Below are positions 34,052 through 57,554 of a DNA stretch of 64,000 nucleotides, piece by piece (the first letter of the stretch is position 1; every line of letters begins with the position of its first letter). The stretch lies in NCBI RefSeq assembly GCF_009914755.1, contig NC_060926.1; one strand, 5' to 3'. Under the pieces are notes generated by a model. The model saw only the letters and a list, made by a program, of their open reading frames with translations. It ran no database searches and had not been told where the DNA came from. The DNA is from the human T2T-CHM13v2.0 reference genome, Homo sapiens. The translations under genes and the position numbers were made by a program.

Positions 34052-35033
34052 CTATCTATTAAGTAGATCAGTACAACGTAAGAAGCCATCCTAGAGAACA
34101 GTCACGTAATAGTGGTCCTACCTTTTGTTGTTTTCCTAAAACATCCCTAGGTATAAGCATCACAGCTAGGTGAGCGATCTCTCCATAGCCTGGCTACCTA
34201 GAGACATAAATTTAGTGGCTGAGCCCTAGGCTGTCACTATCAGATTCTTCCACTCTACTTTCTAGTTCTGTTAATTCAGTAAGGAGACTTGCAGAAAATT
34301 ACCAGTGAAGACTTTAGTCTCTAGAAAATCCTAAACTTATGAAAACATTTAGACACTTCTGCAAGATCCTATAAGTTTGCTGATATTACAGAGTTGAGGA
34401 GTCACCACTTGGAAGTTTAGTCTTTAGAGGGGGAGGGTTGAAGGTGACTATCTCTATAGGCTTAAGCATTACAAAAGTGGTAGCTTCATGACAATGGAGC
34501 TGTGCATTTAAAATTTTTTTCAATTGTCGAACAGGAATTTTATTTTCTCTGAAGATTTTGCCAAAGTGCCCAGGATGTTACTGTTTATAAGATTAGGTAG
34601 GTCATTTGCTGTTGTCAAGTAACATTTGCAATTATTGAGCAAGACTCCTTTAGCCATAAATCTATGCTAACCTGTCCAGGACATTCATTCCACAACTCTT
34701 TGCTGACAGTACACAAGTTATCATATAGCTGCATGGGAGTGTGAGGTACAGTTCTATTTTCATCTCACCCTTTGGCTTGCTCTATAACCTTGGGAAATCA
34801 CTTCTAGGCCCTGTGCCACAGACCTGCCATCTGTAAATTAGGACTGTTTAGTAATCCTCCTCTGGCCAGGTCAATGGAAGTCATGAATTCTGGAGCTGGG
34901 CAATTAAGAACTTCTAAACACTCCATGAAAGTGCTATTGACACATTCATTCTTTTGAACTTTATCACATACCAGCCTTCTTGAATATTTGACCATATTTT
35001 TGCTCTAGTAACACTTCAACATAAAATGCATTA

Positions 35034-35347
<314 letters not shown>

Positions 35348-35774
35348 GGATGATTTCTCTAAATTTGGATGATCTCACCTAAATTCCTTCCAACCTTACT
35401 GCTAAGAAAGAGTATAAATTATTACATTTTACATATTCATTTCCATTTCTCCTACCCATCATACAGGTACACTTGAATCATGTCCACTGGATTTCACTGA
35501 GACAGGAGCTTAACCAGGATCCATTCATTCTGTTTTAGTTAGTAGTTGGGAATCAATGTTGTTAGAACAAATGGACATTTTTTAACAAAAATTCATACAT
35601 TTAAGCCTCTCATAAACTTAAAACACCTACATTTACATCATGTTATCTTCTTATCCTTATGTAAGGAAAATGTCAGCCAGACCCTCCCTCCCCTTTGCAA
35701 TCAAAATAAGGTCATCCGGACATCCAATTTGGGTGTCCATAGCCCTTCAAAGATTAGCATCACTAGTAATTTCT

Positions 35775-36069
<295 letters not shown>

Positions 36070-36915
36070 TGAGGGGCTTATTTTCTTCTGTCCTTTCTAC
36101 TCCTGAGCCCCTACTTTTATGAGCACTGTCTTTTCACTGTTCCAACCACCTCAACATGAGCCTTTCCCTCAGTTTCTACAAAACCCCATTCACATAAAGT
36201 TTTAGTGAGATTTTAAGATTTGGAAAAATAACTTTAAATTTGTATATTAGACACTCTTGTTCTATAAAAGGTCAATTTTTTTACCCTTTCCCCAGAGATT
36301 CCCATTATTCCTTAATTCTATGTACCACCCAGACTTCTCCCCTTGACTTGTCTCTCCCCTCTCCTCCTTGCTTGGCTCATCTCTTCTCACCACTTTATTT
36401 TTCTTTCTCTCAGGGGGAAAAATTAATTTCTCTCGGGGTTCAGGCAGGGCAGTTTTTCTTGTGTTGCCAGGGCTTCCGCTCGTACCCATATTTTCAGAGT
36501 GTCATTTTATACCCGAAACAGCTTATCAGGGTATTTTCCCAAATAAAGACAGTTTTTTTTTTCTCCCTAAGAAGAATTCTGGTACCATGTCTTACTAATT
36601 TCTCTTCATTATATTCAACAATGTAGACTTATTTATGTACAGTCATCACATTTGCAAACTAGTTAGTATTCTACTTTTCTCATTATCTTATACATAATTT
36701 CCCATTTATTATTATAATATAGCCCATGTTTGCTACTTTAATACGTATCTTCCCAGTTATTGGGTATTTGAATAGTTTTGACTATAATCCCAAATGTAGA
36801 TTATGAGCTGAAAATAAACGATTTCATAGATCGTGTGCTTTGCTACAGCACTCTTGAAAAGTTGTTCTAATAAATAATTTTCTCAATTTAACTCCATCAA
36901 TATTCTCTTTTTTAA

Positions 36916-37319
<404 letters not shown>

Positions 37320-37339
37320 TGACCCTTGTTCAGTAAAAT

Positions 37340-38160
37340 CTGGGTATTGATTTTAACACCTTTATCAAGATATAATTCAAATACAGTTCCTCCATTGAAA
37401 GTGTACAATTCCATGAATTTTAGTATATTCAGAGAGTTGTACAAATATCACCACAATTTTACAACATTTCATTATCCCAAAGATTGCCGGGTCATATGGT
37501 AACTCTATGTTTAACTGTTTCAGTAACTACCAGACTATTTTTCAAAGTGGTGGTACCATTTTACAATCCCACCAGTGGTATATAAGGGTCCCAATTTCTC
37601 CACATTCTTGCTGTATTAGTTTGCAAGGGCTGCCAAAACAAAATACCACAGACTGGGTGGCTTAAACATCAGAAATGTATTTGCTCACAATTCTGGAAAC
37701 TAGAAATCCAAGATCAAGGTATGAGAAGGTTTGGTTTCTCCCAGGAGTTCTTTCCTTGGCTTGCAGATGGCTGCCTTCTCATTGTGTCCTCGCATAGCCT
37801 TTTCTCTGTGCAAATATCCCTAGTGTCTCTTCCTCCTCTCATGAAGATACCAGTCATTTTGGATTAGGGTCTCACTTTTATGACCTGATTTCACCTTAAG
37901 TACTTGTCTAAAGGGCCAATATTCAAATGTAGTCACATTGGGGGTTACAGCTTCAAAACAGGAATCTTAGGGGGATACAATTCAGTCTATACGCTTGCCA
38001 ACACTAGTTACTATCTATCTTTTTTATTATAGCCATTCTAGTGGCTGTGAAGTAGTATCTCATTATGGTCTTGATTTGCATTTACTTGATGGCTAGTAAT
38101 GTTGTGCACCTTTCATGTGCTTATTGGCATTTATAGAACTGGCTATTCAAATCCTTTGCC
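37340..38160 (-). mobile_element. L1MB-like 3' fragment with an MLT1A/B-like LTR at ~37612-37995
   Basis: L1M 3'UTR; TGTATTAGTTTGCAAGGGCTGCC...AAAATACCACAGACTGGGTGGCTTAAAC. Confidence 0.75.
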
Positions 38161-38164
38161 CTGA

Positions 38165-38326
38165 TTTCTTTCTTTCTTTCTTTCTTTCTTTCTTTCCTTC
38201 CTTCCTTCCTTCCTCTCCCTCCCTTTCTTTTCCTTCCTTCCTTCTTTCCTTCCCTCCTTTCTTCCTTCCCTCCTCCCCTCCTTCCCTTCCTCCCTCCCTC
38301 TCTTCCTCTCTTTCTCTCTTTCTCTT
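38165..38326. repeat. Polypyrimidine/polypurine compound microsatellite forming an Alu tail
   Basis: (TTTC)n(TTCC)n-type tract, essentially all pyrimidine on + strand. Confidence 0.95.
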
Positions 38327-38522
38327 TAAGAGAGAATTTTGCTCTATCACCCAGGCTGGAGTGTGGTGGTGCGAACTCTGGCTCACTGCAAATTCTGCCT
38401 CCAGGTTCAAGCAATTCTCCTGCCTCAGCCTCTTGTGTAGCTGGGATTACAGGCATGTACCACTACACCTGGCTAATTTTTGTGCATTTAGTAGAGACGG
38501 GGTTTCATCATGTTTCACTGTC

Positions 38523-40790
<2,268 letters not shown>

Positions 40791-41165
40791 TGTTTCACTG
40801 TCTTGAACTCCTGGCTTCAAGTGATCCATCCACCTTAGCCTCCCAAACTGCTGCCACCATGCCCGGCCCTAATTTATTTCTTTGTCATAACAGATATTAT
40901 TTCTATAATAGATTATTTGCATTATATAGTATATTGGTGTGTGTGTATATATATACACATATATACACATATATATACACATATACATACAGTATATTAT
41001 ATACTATAACCATATAGATATCAAGCAGACTAGATGCTACCATAGGAGAATTTTTTTAAATCTTGGGGATATGATAGCCTTTCTAGGAAAGAGTAAAAGC
41101 AACAACAAAAAACCCTAGAAAGTTAGAAAAAGTAATGTGACTATATGAAAATCAAAAATAATTCA

Positions 41166-41436
41166 GCCAGGCATGGTGGCTCATGCCTGTAATTCCAGCA
41201 CTTTGGTAGGCCAAGGTGGGCCAATTGCTTGAGTCCAGGAGTTTGAGACCAACCTGGGCAACACTGCAAAACCTTGTCTCTACAAAAGATTAGCCTGGCA
41301 TGGTGGCACATGCCTGTAGTCCCAGCTACCTGGAAGGCTGAGGAGGGATGATCACCTGAGCCCCTGAGGTTGAGGCTGCAGTGAGCTGTGGCTGCCACTA
41401 CACTCCAGCCTGGGTGACAGAGTGAGACCCTGTTGC

Positions 41437-41475
<39 letters not shown>
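41166..41475 (+). mobile_element. AluJ with (AAT)n tail
   Basis: Alu dimer; AAT repeat ~41437-41475. Confidence 0.93.
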
Positions 41476-42059
41476 TCACTGCAAAAATACAGTAAACAAG
41501 CCAAAAGACAAAGGGGGTAAAAGATAAGTAATTTATTCACATTGGACTACTTTCATTATTTTATATATATATATATGCATGTATACATATCTATGCACTA
41601 CAATTTTTAAAAAGACCAACAACTGAATAGAAAATTAAAAATTAAATTTGATAATGTACTGTATAGAGACGTGTTGAAACAGTGGTCCTGACAAATTGTT
41701 ATGGGAGCCACAACTGACATGAACTATATATGGATATTAATTTGGTAACATATATGGAATGTTTTAAGTCCGTACCTTACAATATAGTCAATACATACAT
41801 ATATACATTTATAATTTTTCTTAACCCATGGAATGTCTTTGAAAGGATATGCAAGAAACTGGTCAACAGTGGTAGTCTAAGAGGAAAGAAAGCTGGGGGC
41901 AGGAGGCAGTGGAGGATGAAAACTGTCTTTTCACTGCATATATTTTTGACACAATTGAAAATTTTAACCATGTCATGCATATTATCTAGTCTTCTGTACA
42001 AAAAAAAAAGGAAAAGAAAATGACATGTGGATATAAGACTGAAAGATTTGAAAGCTGTT

Positions 42060-48730
<6,671 letters not shown>

Positions 48731-49369
48731 AATGAACGTGCATTGTTCTCCATTGCGAATAACGGCCACCAGAATTCCAGGGTAACAAATCTCTTAGTTG
48801 TCCTCTGGCCGAAATCTCCTCGTGCCCCACACCCTGCCCCATATCACAACAAGCCTTTTTTTTTTTTTAAGACACCGGGCTGGAGTGAAGTGGTGCGATC
48901 ATGGCTCATTGCAGCCTCCCGCCTCAGCCTCCTGCCTCAGCCTCCCAAGTTTTTCTCACTTTTTCCCTTGTTCCTTTTTCCGTGTTCCTTAAATCAGAAA
49001 ATAGTTTCCTGTCACCTGTCTGGACTCCTCCCCGTGTGCCTGCTTTGCCAGGTTTAGGTGAGGTGGACACAGAAATAGCGAAGTTGTCCTCTGGGGTGTG
49101 TCCTAATCCAAAACAGGTTCATCCTGGGACCACAGGCAGGCGCCACCCCTACACGTTTTTTGACGTTGGAATGTGCCTTATGTGGGCTCCCCTAATTACC
49201 TGTTTTCATATCTGCTCATCCACCGGAATGACTGGGAGATCCTCTAAGTGGAAGCTTTTTCCTATTTCCATGTGTCCCCAAGCACTGTGGCTGGCCCTAA
49301 ATAGGTGTTCTGTAAACAGCAGGCGAAGAAATTATTAGTCTTAAAAAGGACAGAAAGACTCCCGCAAAA

Positions 49370-50140
49370 GCAGCAGCGCGTGCCGAACACCTTAGGCCTC
49401 ACAGACCTTCTATTTGAGGAATGTGCTCCCCCAATCCCAGACCGCTCCTGGTGGGGCGGGCGCGAGCGCAGGACCGCGGAGCCTGCTGCGTTGCTCGGCT
49501 GCAGGGGAGGAGCTGGGCCCCGCCCCCGGCTTCCCGCGCTCCGCGTCCATTGGCTGGCCTCGGGGGTGGGCGGGTCCCGCCGCACGGAGTCCTGCGCCTT
49601 GAGGCTCAAGCGGCGGCGTGCAAGGCGTGTGAGGCGCGTAGAGAGCCGCGCGCGCCGTCTGCGATGCCCCGGGACGGCGTTCCTGCCGGGAATACCACCC
49701 CGGCGGCAGCCCAGGCTGCCGCGCAGAGCCCGGATTCCGCGACTGCCGGGGCACCGCAGGTTTTGGACTCGCTGAAGCGGTGAGCTCTGCCTTTGCCCTA
49801 TATGCCGCGCTCTCGCCCGTGCTCTGGGGCAGTTGGCAGTGGGTGGGCAGGAAGGGGCGGGCCGGCAGGGCGTCGCACGTTGGCGTCCCCGCGTCGCGGG
49901 AATGGGGTTCGGATTCCCCCCGTGAATGTCATTCCCCAGGCTACCGGTCTTTAGCGCTAAGTTGCATGGGCTGGTGTGCCAGTCGGTCAGCGAATAGCGG
50001 CAGAACGCCTGGCCGGGCCGGCGTTTTCCGGGACACTCGTTTCGGCCTCGCAGTGGCAGCGCCTCCTGCGAGCCTAGACCGGCTCAGTGGACGCGCCGCG
50101 CTGTGCACGCGGGTCTGGGGAGACGGCGGTTCTTGAATGA
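49370..50140 (+). promoter_or_regulatory. CpG island promoter of a plus-strand gene
   Basis: Dense CpG; GC boxes (GGGGCGGG ~49453, CCCCGCCCC ~49518); inverted CCAAT (CCATTGGCT ~49547). Confidence 0.9.
49664..49779 (+). CDS. Putative coding part (or uORF) of exon 1: MPRDGVPAGNTTPAAAQAAAQSPDSATAGAPQVLDSLK(R)
   Basis: GCGATGC start context; 116 nt open to donor GCG|GTGAGC at 49780 (phase 2). Protein not recognised. Confidence 0.45.
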
Positions 50141-50629
50141 TCCCTCACACTGCAGGGTATCTGGGAGCGGTGGATTGAGGGGGCACAACGTGGCTTCTGT
50201 GTCGGTGAAATCGCTTGGACCAGCTCCAGTTCTTTTTAAAGATTACTCTTGTAAAAAAAAAAATACATTGTAGAATTGCATAATATGCTCTATCTCATCC
50301 AAAAATAGTTTTTGATGTCAGAGTAGTCATATGAACGCAACATTGACCCCTTTACCCCCCTAAATAATAAATCTTGAGCTTCTTATTGTATGGTAATAGA
50401 TTTCTTTCATGAGAGAAATTTCTCAGGGAGTTAATCCACTCTCTCTCCCCTACTGCAAGATCCCGCTGCAGTGGTCCTAAAAAAGAAAAAGAAAAAGAAA
50501 TTTCTCATACTACAGAAGAATAAAGTAGCCACGCTCTGTGTTTTGAATCAATTTTCAAGGATTTTTTTTCCACTTTGCTTAGGCGTTCTTTCACCCACAA
50601 CTACACCCCCAGGTTCCAGATTTTGGAAT

Positions 50630-50910
50630 GGTGTAAATAACGCCCCCCGGCGCCCATCCACTTAGCGGAAGGAAAGTCAGCCACTAGGCTGCGGGCTCCG
50701 GGCTGTCCCCAGCGTGGGAGAGGCTGTCCTGCTGGCCCGGCTGTTTATTGCAGCGATTTGGATGTTCCAAGAGTCACAAGGGACACTGCTCACGTCCCCA
50801 TCTAGGGGGTCACTTCATAGCAGCATCAGCTCTTTCTTTTCATCCTTCTTGCTTGAGTCTGCCTCCGGTCCTCTGGATGGAGCAGGCTACAACGGACGCT
50901 CGGAGTAATG
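50630..50910. promoter_or_regulatory. Secondary CpG-rich patch in intron 1
   Basis: Local CpG enrichment; forkhead-like GTAAATAA and TGTTTAT. Confidence 0.4.
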
Positions 50911-52927
50911 AAGTGAATTGCTCTTTCTTGATACAAATGAATACTAGTGCTGTACTGCCTTCTCCCAATCTTTGTGGCGTTTGTGTGAGCTGCTGAGAGC
51001 AGGGAGTGGAGAGAATGATAGACATTTTGCAGAAGCGGAACGCTCTAGTGTTATGTCATCCTTCTTGGCTCTGGTTTCTAGGTCCAAGTTCTGGTGACAT
51101 TGTTTCAGCTTGCTTTGCCCTTTCCCAGGCCCCTGGGTTAGTTTGAAGGGAAAGGAGTGCCTGTTTCTTACCCCATAAGGACTAGGAAAAGGGATTGCTG
51201 GCTTGAGAAAGAGGTGCTGTAAGTTATCCTCTGCGGCCAGAATTCTGAGGATTGGAAGATTATGGATTTTTTAAAAAATGAAGGCATATAGAGGAATGGT
51301 AGACTACTGTAATTATTCTTAATAGGATGTTGGGAAATACAAATGCTGACCTATTTTATTCAGTAATTAGGGGAAGTTTAAGTACTTTAAATGCACCCTT
51401 TTAAAATTGCCAGTGTTACTGTGAATTGTCTTGTAAAACCAAAAAGCACCCCCAATTTAGCCTTTCTGTAGATCTTTTACATATGCTTAAAGGATTTGGG
51501 TCGGGATTCTTAGTGTCTTTGTATTTAATTTTGTGTCTTCGAGGAAGGGGAGCTATGAAATGTAGTACTTCCATACCTTTTGCCTCTGGGGACGTTTTTT
51601 GGTGGCAAGGAAAACTTATTTAGTGCTGATTTACGGGAATAGAATGGTTTAAGGAATTTGTTGGAGATTGCTCGTTTAAAAAATGCCTTGGGTTCATTAT
51701 GATTTGGTAAATTGTACGGTATTGCTATATTTCATCCAAAATAATTTTCCATTTCAGGGTAAACATTTGAATGTACATTGACACTTCTATTTCCTAAATA
51801 ATAAGTTTTGACCTTTCTTATTTTGTTTTCGGTCATCAGTTTTGAAGGATTATTTTTTCCCAAATTTGCTTAGGTTTGCTTTCATCCACAACCACGTGCC
51901 CAGGTTCTAAATTTGGAATGGTGCTAATAGTGTCAAATGTGCAATTCTGGGTAGGTATATGTGGGTGGATGGGATGGCTTATAGGTTGTATTAAAATTTT
52001 ATTTTTTTTCTCCGTTGAAATGTCAGCCCCACCAGAAACTATTAATATTATGACATTATCTCCTTCAAGAAATGGATGTGATGATAAAATGCTTTAGTAA
52101 TTTTGAATATTATAATATTATGACCACTAACATTAAATGCTGTGATTTTTAAAAATGGCTTTCAATTAGAAGGTTTTGATAACTTGAGTCTTTCTGTCAT
52201 CTCTCAGTAATGTGCCATTACTAAAATATTTTTCCCCCCCTCTCTCCAAGGCCTCAACATTTTCCTTACTGCATTCATGTAAGAGCTGTGGTTTTGGTAT
52301 GAAGGTTAAATCCCCTCACTTCTGACTTACATGTGCAAAAATTTACAATTTGAGATCTATACCAAGGTTCACTTGGGTAACAGGATTCACAGCTTGAATC
52401 AGTAAAGTATCTTGTTTCCCCTGCTTCTGGGCAGGTGGGATCTTTGGAGTATCATTTCTTTATTTTCGTTATTTCCCAAGTTTTTGAAAATATTTTAATT
52501 TTGATTAAGATAAAGAAATGACTTAAATTTTTTTAATAAAAATTATTTGGGTAGACGATAATTTCACAGGGTTAAAAATTAAAAAGTTTAAAAAGGTATA
52601 CAATGTAAAGTCTCTATCTTTTGCCTGTTTCTCGGCTTCTCAATTCTCATTCTGACAAGTTGCATGCTGGGTAATCATTATTATTAGTTTATTACTTCAT
52701 CTCCCAGGATATTTTATATGTATAAAAGTGAAAACAAGTTTACATTTCCCCTTCTTATATGTATTTGCAGTTTTCTTCCATTGCTTTTTCCACTTGAAAA
52801 TGTATCTAAGAGATCTTTTCTTACCAATACAGAGAACATCCTCAATGAAAGGTGTTTTTTTTGTTTGTTTGTTTGTTTTTCCCCTGAAAAGTAATTAGCA
52901 AAGAAAGAGAATGAAAGAAAAGAGGAT

Positions 52928-53322
<395 letters not shown>

Positions 53323-53389
53323 TTAGAGTGCTTAAGCATGAGATAAGGGGTTGTAAAACCTTCTAGGCTAAATAATTAAATTATTTTAA

Positions 53390-55010
53390 AATTTTTACTT
53401 TAAAATCAAAGTAATACATGTACATGATTGAACAAATAAAGCAGTTCTTGAAGATTTACCACAAAAATACCAGACACTTGTTAATTTCTTTTTACTCTGT
53501 TTCTCTCCTTGAAGGCAAACACTTTGAAGTCCTTTAACTTTTTCTTCTAGTATTTACCTTTGTCTTTCTGAAAAAGTATACTTTATAACCACTTCTTGAC
53601 TTAAATAGTTTAGGTATTACTTTTTTATAAATTAAGAATTGATAAAGTGAGGATTTAACTCTTTATTCTCTCTTTCTTCTGTATCCTTCTTCCATCCTCC
53701 CAATTTAGATTCTGTCATAATTTTTTGTTAAATTAGTAGTTAGGTTTTATATTATTATGACCAGGTAAACATGACTAGCCTTTGAGCCAAATGATAAACT
53801 AATTTACCTAATTTTCTTTCATCCCGTGGTTAATTTTTTCCAAATGCTGCAGTGCCATCAAATGGGCCAACAAATGTAAGGATTTACCAATGCCATTTTT
53901 TCCTTAAACTTCCTTCCTATAGCTTCCATTCTTCATACTCTAATCTGGTCTGGTTCTAAGTTTGTAACAAACCTAAAGATTAATGTATTTAAAGAGATAA
54001 CAAAAGAGATTGCACCTACAAAATAAGAACAGGTCGCTATGAAAAGAAACCATAAGACAACAAGAAAGAGCTCTATGAAGTTAAAAATATGATAGTCAAA
54101 ATGAACTCTGAATAGAAGACCTAGAAGATAGAGTTGTCTAGGTTTGCATAGCTATAGTCCTGGGACTTTCCTTCACCTTTGTCCTGATTTGGACCTTCTG
54201 TTATCTAGATCATGAATCTGGTTTTCTTCATTTTGCTGAAACAATTAGTCCAGTTACTTTCTAAGAAAAGATAAATGTTCTAAGTCCTTGCATGTCTTAA
54301 AAATGTCTTTATTCTACCCTTGCATTTGAATTACAGTTTGGCTGATTTTAAAGTCTAAGTTTTTCCTCAGCATTTTAAAGGTTTAATTCTAGTGTGTCTG
54401 CTGTTAGTGTTGCTGTTAAGAAATCTGATATAATTAAGTTTCCTGTTTCTTTTTATATGGGTTGTTTTCCCTTTCTGAAAGCTTTTTAGTATAGTCTCTC
54501 TGGTTTTCTGAAAGTTTGTGATTTTGTGTCATATTCACTGGTGTGATTCTTTTTTCATTTCTTGTGCTCTGCACTTGGTGGGCCGTTTTAACCTGAGGAC
54601 CTCCCCCCGCTTTTTCCCCTAGTTTGATGAAATTTACTTTAATAATTTATTCCTTTCCATTTATTCTGTTCTCTTTTTCTTTAGTTGGATTTTAGACCAC
54701 CTGGATTGATCCTTTAATTTTCTTATCATCTCTTCTATTTTTCATTTTTTTGTTTTTTTTTCACTTTCTCTGGATGATTTTTTTCAGCTATCTTCCTAAC
54801 CCTTCTATTCAGTATTTCATTATGATCATCATATTTTTAATTTTGTAGAGCTGTTTGTTCTCTAATTGCTTCTTTTCAAAGCATCCTGCTTTTATGAGTG
54901 TCATATATTTTCATATCTTTTTAAAGATATTAATTCCAAGTTTTGTTTTTGGAGTTTTCTTTTGTTTCCTTCATTGTTTCTGCCTTTTGAAGTCTTTCTT
55001 CCTCTTTATT
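53390..55010 (-). mobile_element. HAL1/L1ME-type ancient LINE
   Basis: ATCAAAGTAATACATGTACATG reverse 3' end; T-rich antisense ORF1-like body. Confidence 0.6.
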
Positions 55011-55096
55011 TGGCTTTTCAGTTTATTCAGGGAGACGCTTCCAGCCCTGTGCAGCATAGGCTGTAATCCTGGGAGTAGGGACAGGAAAGGGGAATG

Positions 55097-55638
55097 TGTT
55101 GAGAGTCCCCAAGGCCACCCTCAGGTTCAGCGATTTACTAGGAGGACATACAAGACTCAGCATATAGTCATACTCACAGCTATGGCTCATTGCAGTGAAA
55201 GGTTACAAAACAAAATTGGCAAAGGGAAAAGGTGCATGGAGTGAAGTCTGGGAGAAACCAGGCACAAGCTCCCCGGTCCTCTCTCAGTGGAGTTCCACAG
55301 GATGTGCTGAATGGTTGTGACCACACACGTGAAATGTTGTCTACCAGGGAAGCTCCTTAGACTCAGTGCGCAAGGTTATAACTGGGTGCAGGTTACATAG
55401 GCACCCTCTGCCTAGCGTTTACCATAATTCCACACTCCTAGAAGGAAATCAGGTGCTCAGCATAAACCACTATTCTTACATTTTTACACTGTTTAGGTAC
55501 AGTGAGCCACTCACTGTTAGGGAATGGTGGGAACCTTCCTGAAATCAAAGTTACCAGACAACAGCCATGGGCTAAGCTTGCAAGTAAGACTTTCAAAGCA
55601 TAGTAGTCTCAGGCATGTTCTGTGAACTCTTCTGCACA
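55097..55638 (-). mobile_element. MER21-like LTR
   Basis: CCCCAAGGCCACCCTCAGGTTCAG...GACTCAGCATATAGTCATACTCACAGCT. Confidence 0.75.
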
Positions 55639-55844
55639 GGAGCATAGGGCCCCACAGTTAATACATAGGCTTTCACTTATCCTTCTTCTGCTTCATGCCT
55701 TGTTCATGCCCTCTACTGGTAACCTGGAGGTCAAAGACTCTCTCCTGCTATGGAACTGAGATGGTCACTTGGCTGCCACAGGATGGGAGTGAGGCACTGG
55801 GAAAGGGTGTATCCAAACATTTTGATGGGTAAACATGACTAGAT

Positions 55845-56200
55845 GAGCTGTTTTCAAGCTGTGGACTGGGGCTCCTGAGACCCATTTCATAATGATACTA
55901 ATGTGATATTTGGCTTTTTCTCAGGGTATACAGTGGAGTTTTCCAGAGGTGTGGGACATTGCAATAGACCAAAGGCAGACATGTAAAACAGTGCCACTCT
56001 TATCACTGTTTTTTTAAAAAACTAGTTATTTTTCATAAAAATGAGTTTTTTTATCTTTAAATGGACTAGTAATTTTAAATTTCTGTTTTTCTTAAGATGA
56101 TAAATATTGATAGTTATACCTATATAAACAAAAGCTCTTTGAAGTCTCAGTACTTTTTAAATATGTAGGTCTTTGGACCAACAAAGAGCTTGAGAAGCCT
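55845..56200 (+). mobile_element. Charlie4-like hAT fragment
   Basis: GTATACAGTGGAGTTTTCCAGAGG resembles the 30043 element. Confidence 0.65.
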
Positions 56201-56279
56201 ACATCTCCCATTTTTTCTGAGTCTCGCAGTTTTCCCTTTCATAGTTATCTACCTATTCCTTGTTGTGTGTATGTCGTAA

Positions 56280-56400
56280 AAAGTTTTATTTAACTTAGAT
56301 ATTTTATTTTATTTAACTCATTAATTAAATGAAGGAACCAGTAAGATGTTACAACCAGTTCAAACGGAGAATCTAGGGAACAGATAGATTTATAGATGAG
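56280..56400 (-). mobile_element. ERV1-class (MER4-group) internal fragment
   Basis: TTTAACTCATTAATTAAATGAAGGAACCAGTAAGATGTTACAACCAGTTC. Confidence 0.5.
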
Positions 56401-56869
56401 GAATATTGAAATGACTCACAAATGAAGGTAGCAGTGGCTTCTTACATAGTGGAGAAGGGATGTCGGTTGAACCTCCGCCAGGCAGAATTTACATGCCTAG
56501 AGACAAGTGTTATTTTGCTTTGCTATCAGTTTTTTTCAGTAGAAACTAGAAAGGTAAAATCGTTCAACAGCAGTGAAAGGCTAGAATCAGATAAGTTGGA
56601 AGAGTGTGATATAAATAAAGCTTAAAAGTTTTCCATTGAAGCACACATTTTCCCCTGCAATGCTCATCTAGAAAAGTGTAGATTTTAATTTGCTTTCCCA
56701 TGTAAATTTATCTATGCAAAAATTCTGGTTGACAGGGAAATTATATGTATCATTGAAATAAACAAATTTGTATTCTGGGTATGTTTCATTTGCTAGGTTG
56801 CTTGCTTGTTTTAAGCAAATTGTTTAGGTTCACATGGCAAATCAGTGATGACTGAAATAGATGATTTTT

Positions 56870-57170
56870 TTTATATTTTATTTTTTAAAATGTTTGTGGG
56901 TACATGGTAGCTGTGTATATTTATGGGGTACATGAGATATTTTGATACAGGCATACAAGAAGTGAAATGAGTACATCATGGAGAATAGCAGTGTCCATTC
57001 CCTCAAGCATTTATCCTTTGAGTTACAAACCAATTACATTCAAGTTATTTAAAAATATACAATTAAGTTATTATTGACTATAGTCACCCTATTGTGCTAT
57101 CAAATCGTAGGTCTTATTCATTATTTTTTATTTTTGCTTTGTACCCATTAAACATTCCCACCTCCCCCCA
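56870..57170 (-). mobile_element. L1MA 3' end
   Basis: TTTATGGGGTACATGAGATATTTTGATACAGGCAT. Confidence 0.8.
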
Positions 57171-57554
57171 AAATAGATAAGAATTTAGAAAGCTTCTTAC
57201 TTTGGTCCCAGACTGGGTTCCCTTCCAATAAACATTGACAGCGACTGGCAATATTTTTGCAATTGACACTGCCCCAAGCTTGGAGAGCATCAAAGTCAGT
57301 AAGCCTCAGCCCTATGTTCTCATTGGAGATGTGGCCATGTACATAGTGAAGGATTATACAGCATGATAGGTATAGTACCAGAGGTGGAAATGGTGTGACA
57401 TAGAATCAGAAAAGAAGAAGCAATGAATTCTGGCTGGGAAGTTAAACATTTCATCAGGGGCTTGGAGGACAACCAGAATTTAACCAGAATGGTTTTCCAT
57501 TTATACAGATACGGGAACTTCTCATTATTCTTTCAAATAAAAAGCCAGTCTCTT

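Noticed and set aside
49305-50136. Several overlapping 110-156 aa ORFs
   Set aside because: Expected from stop-codon scarcity in a CpG island
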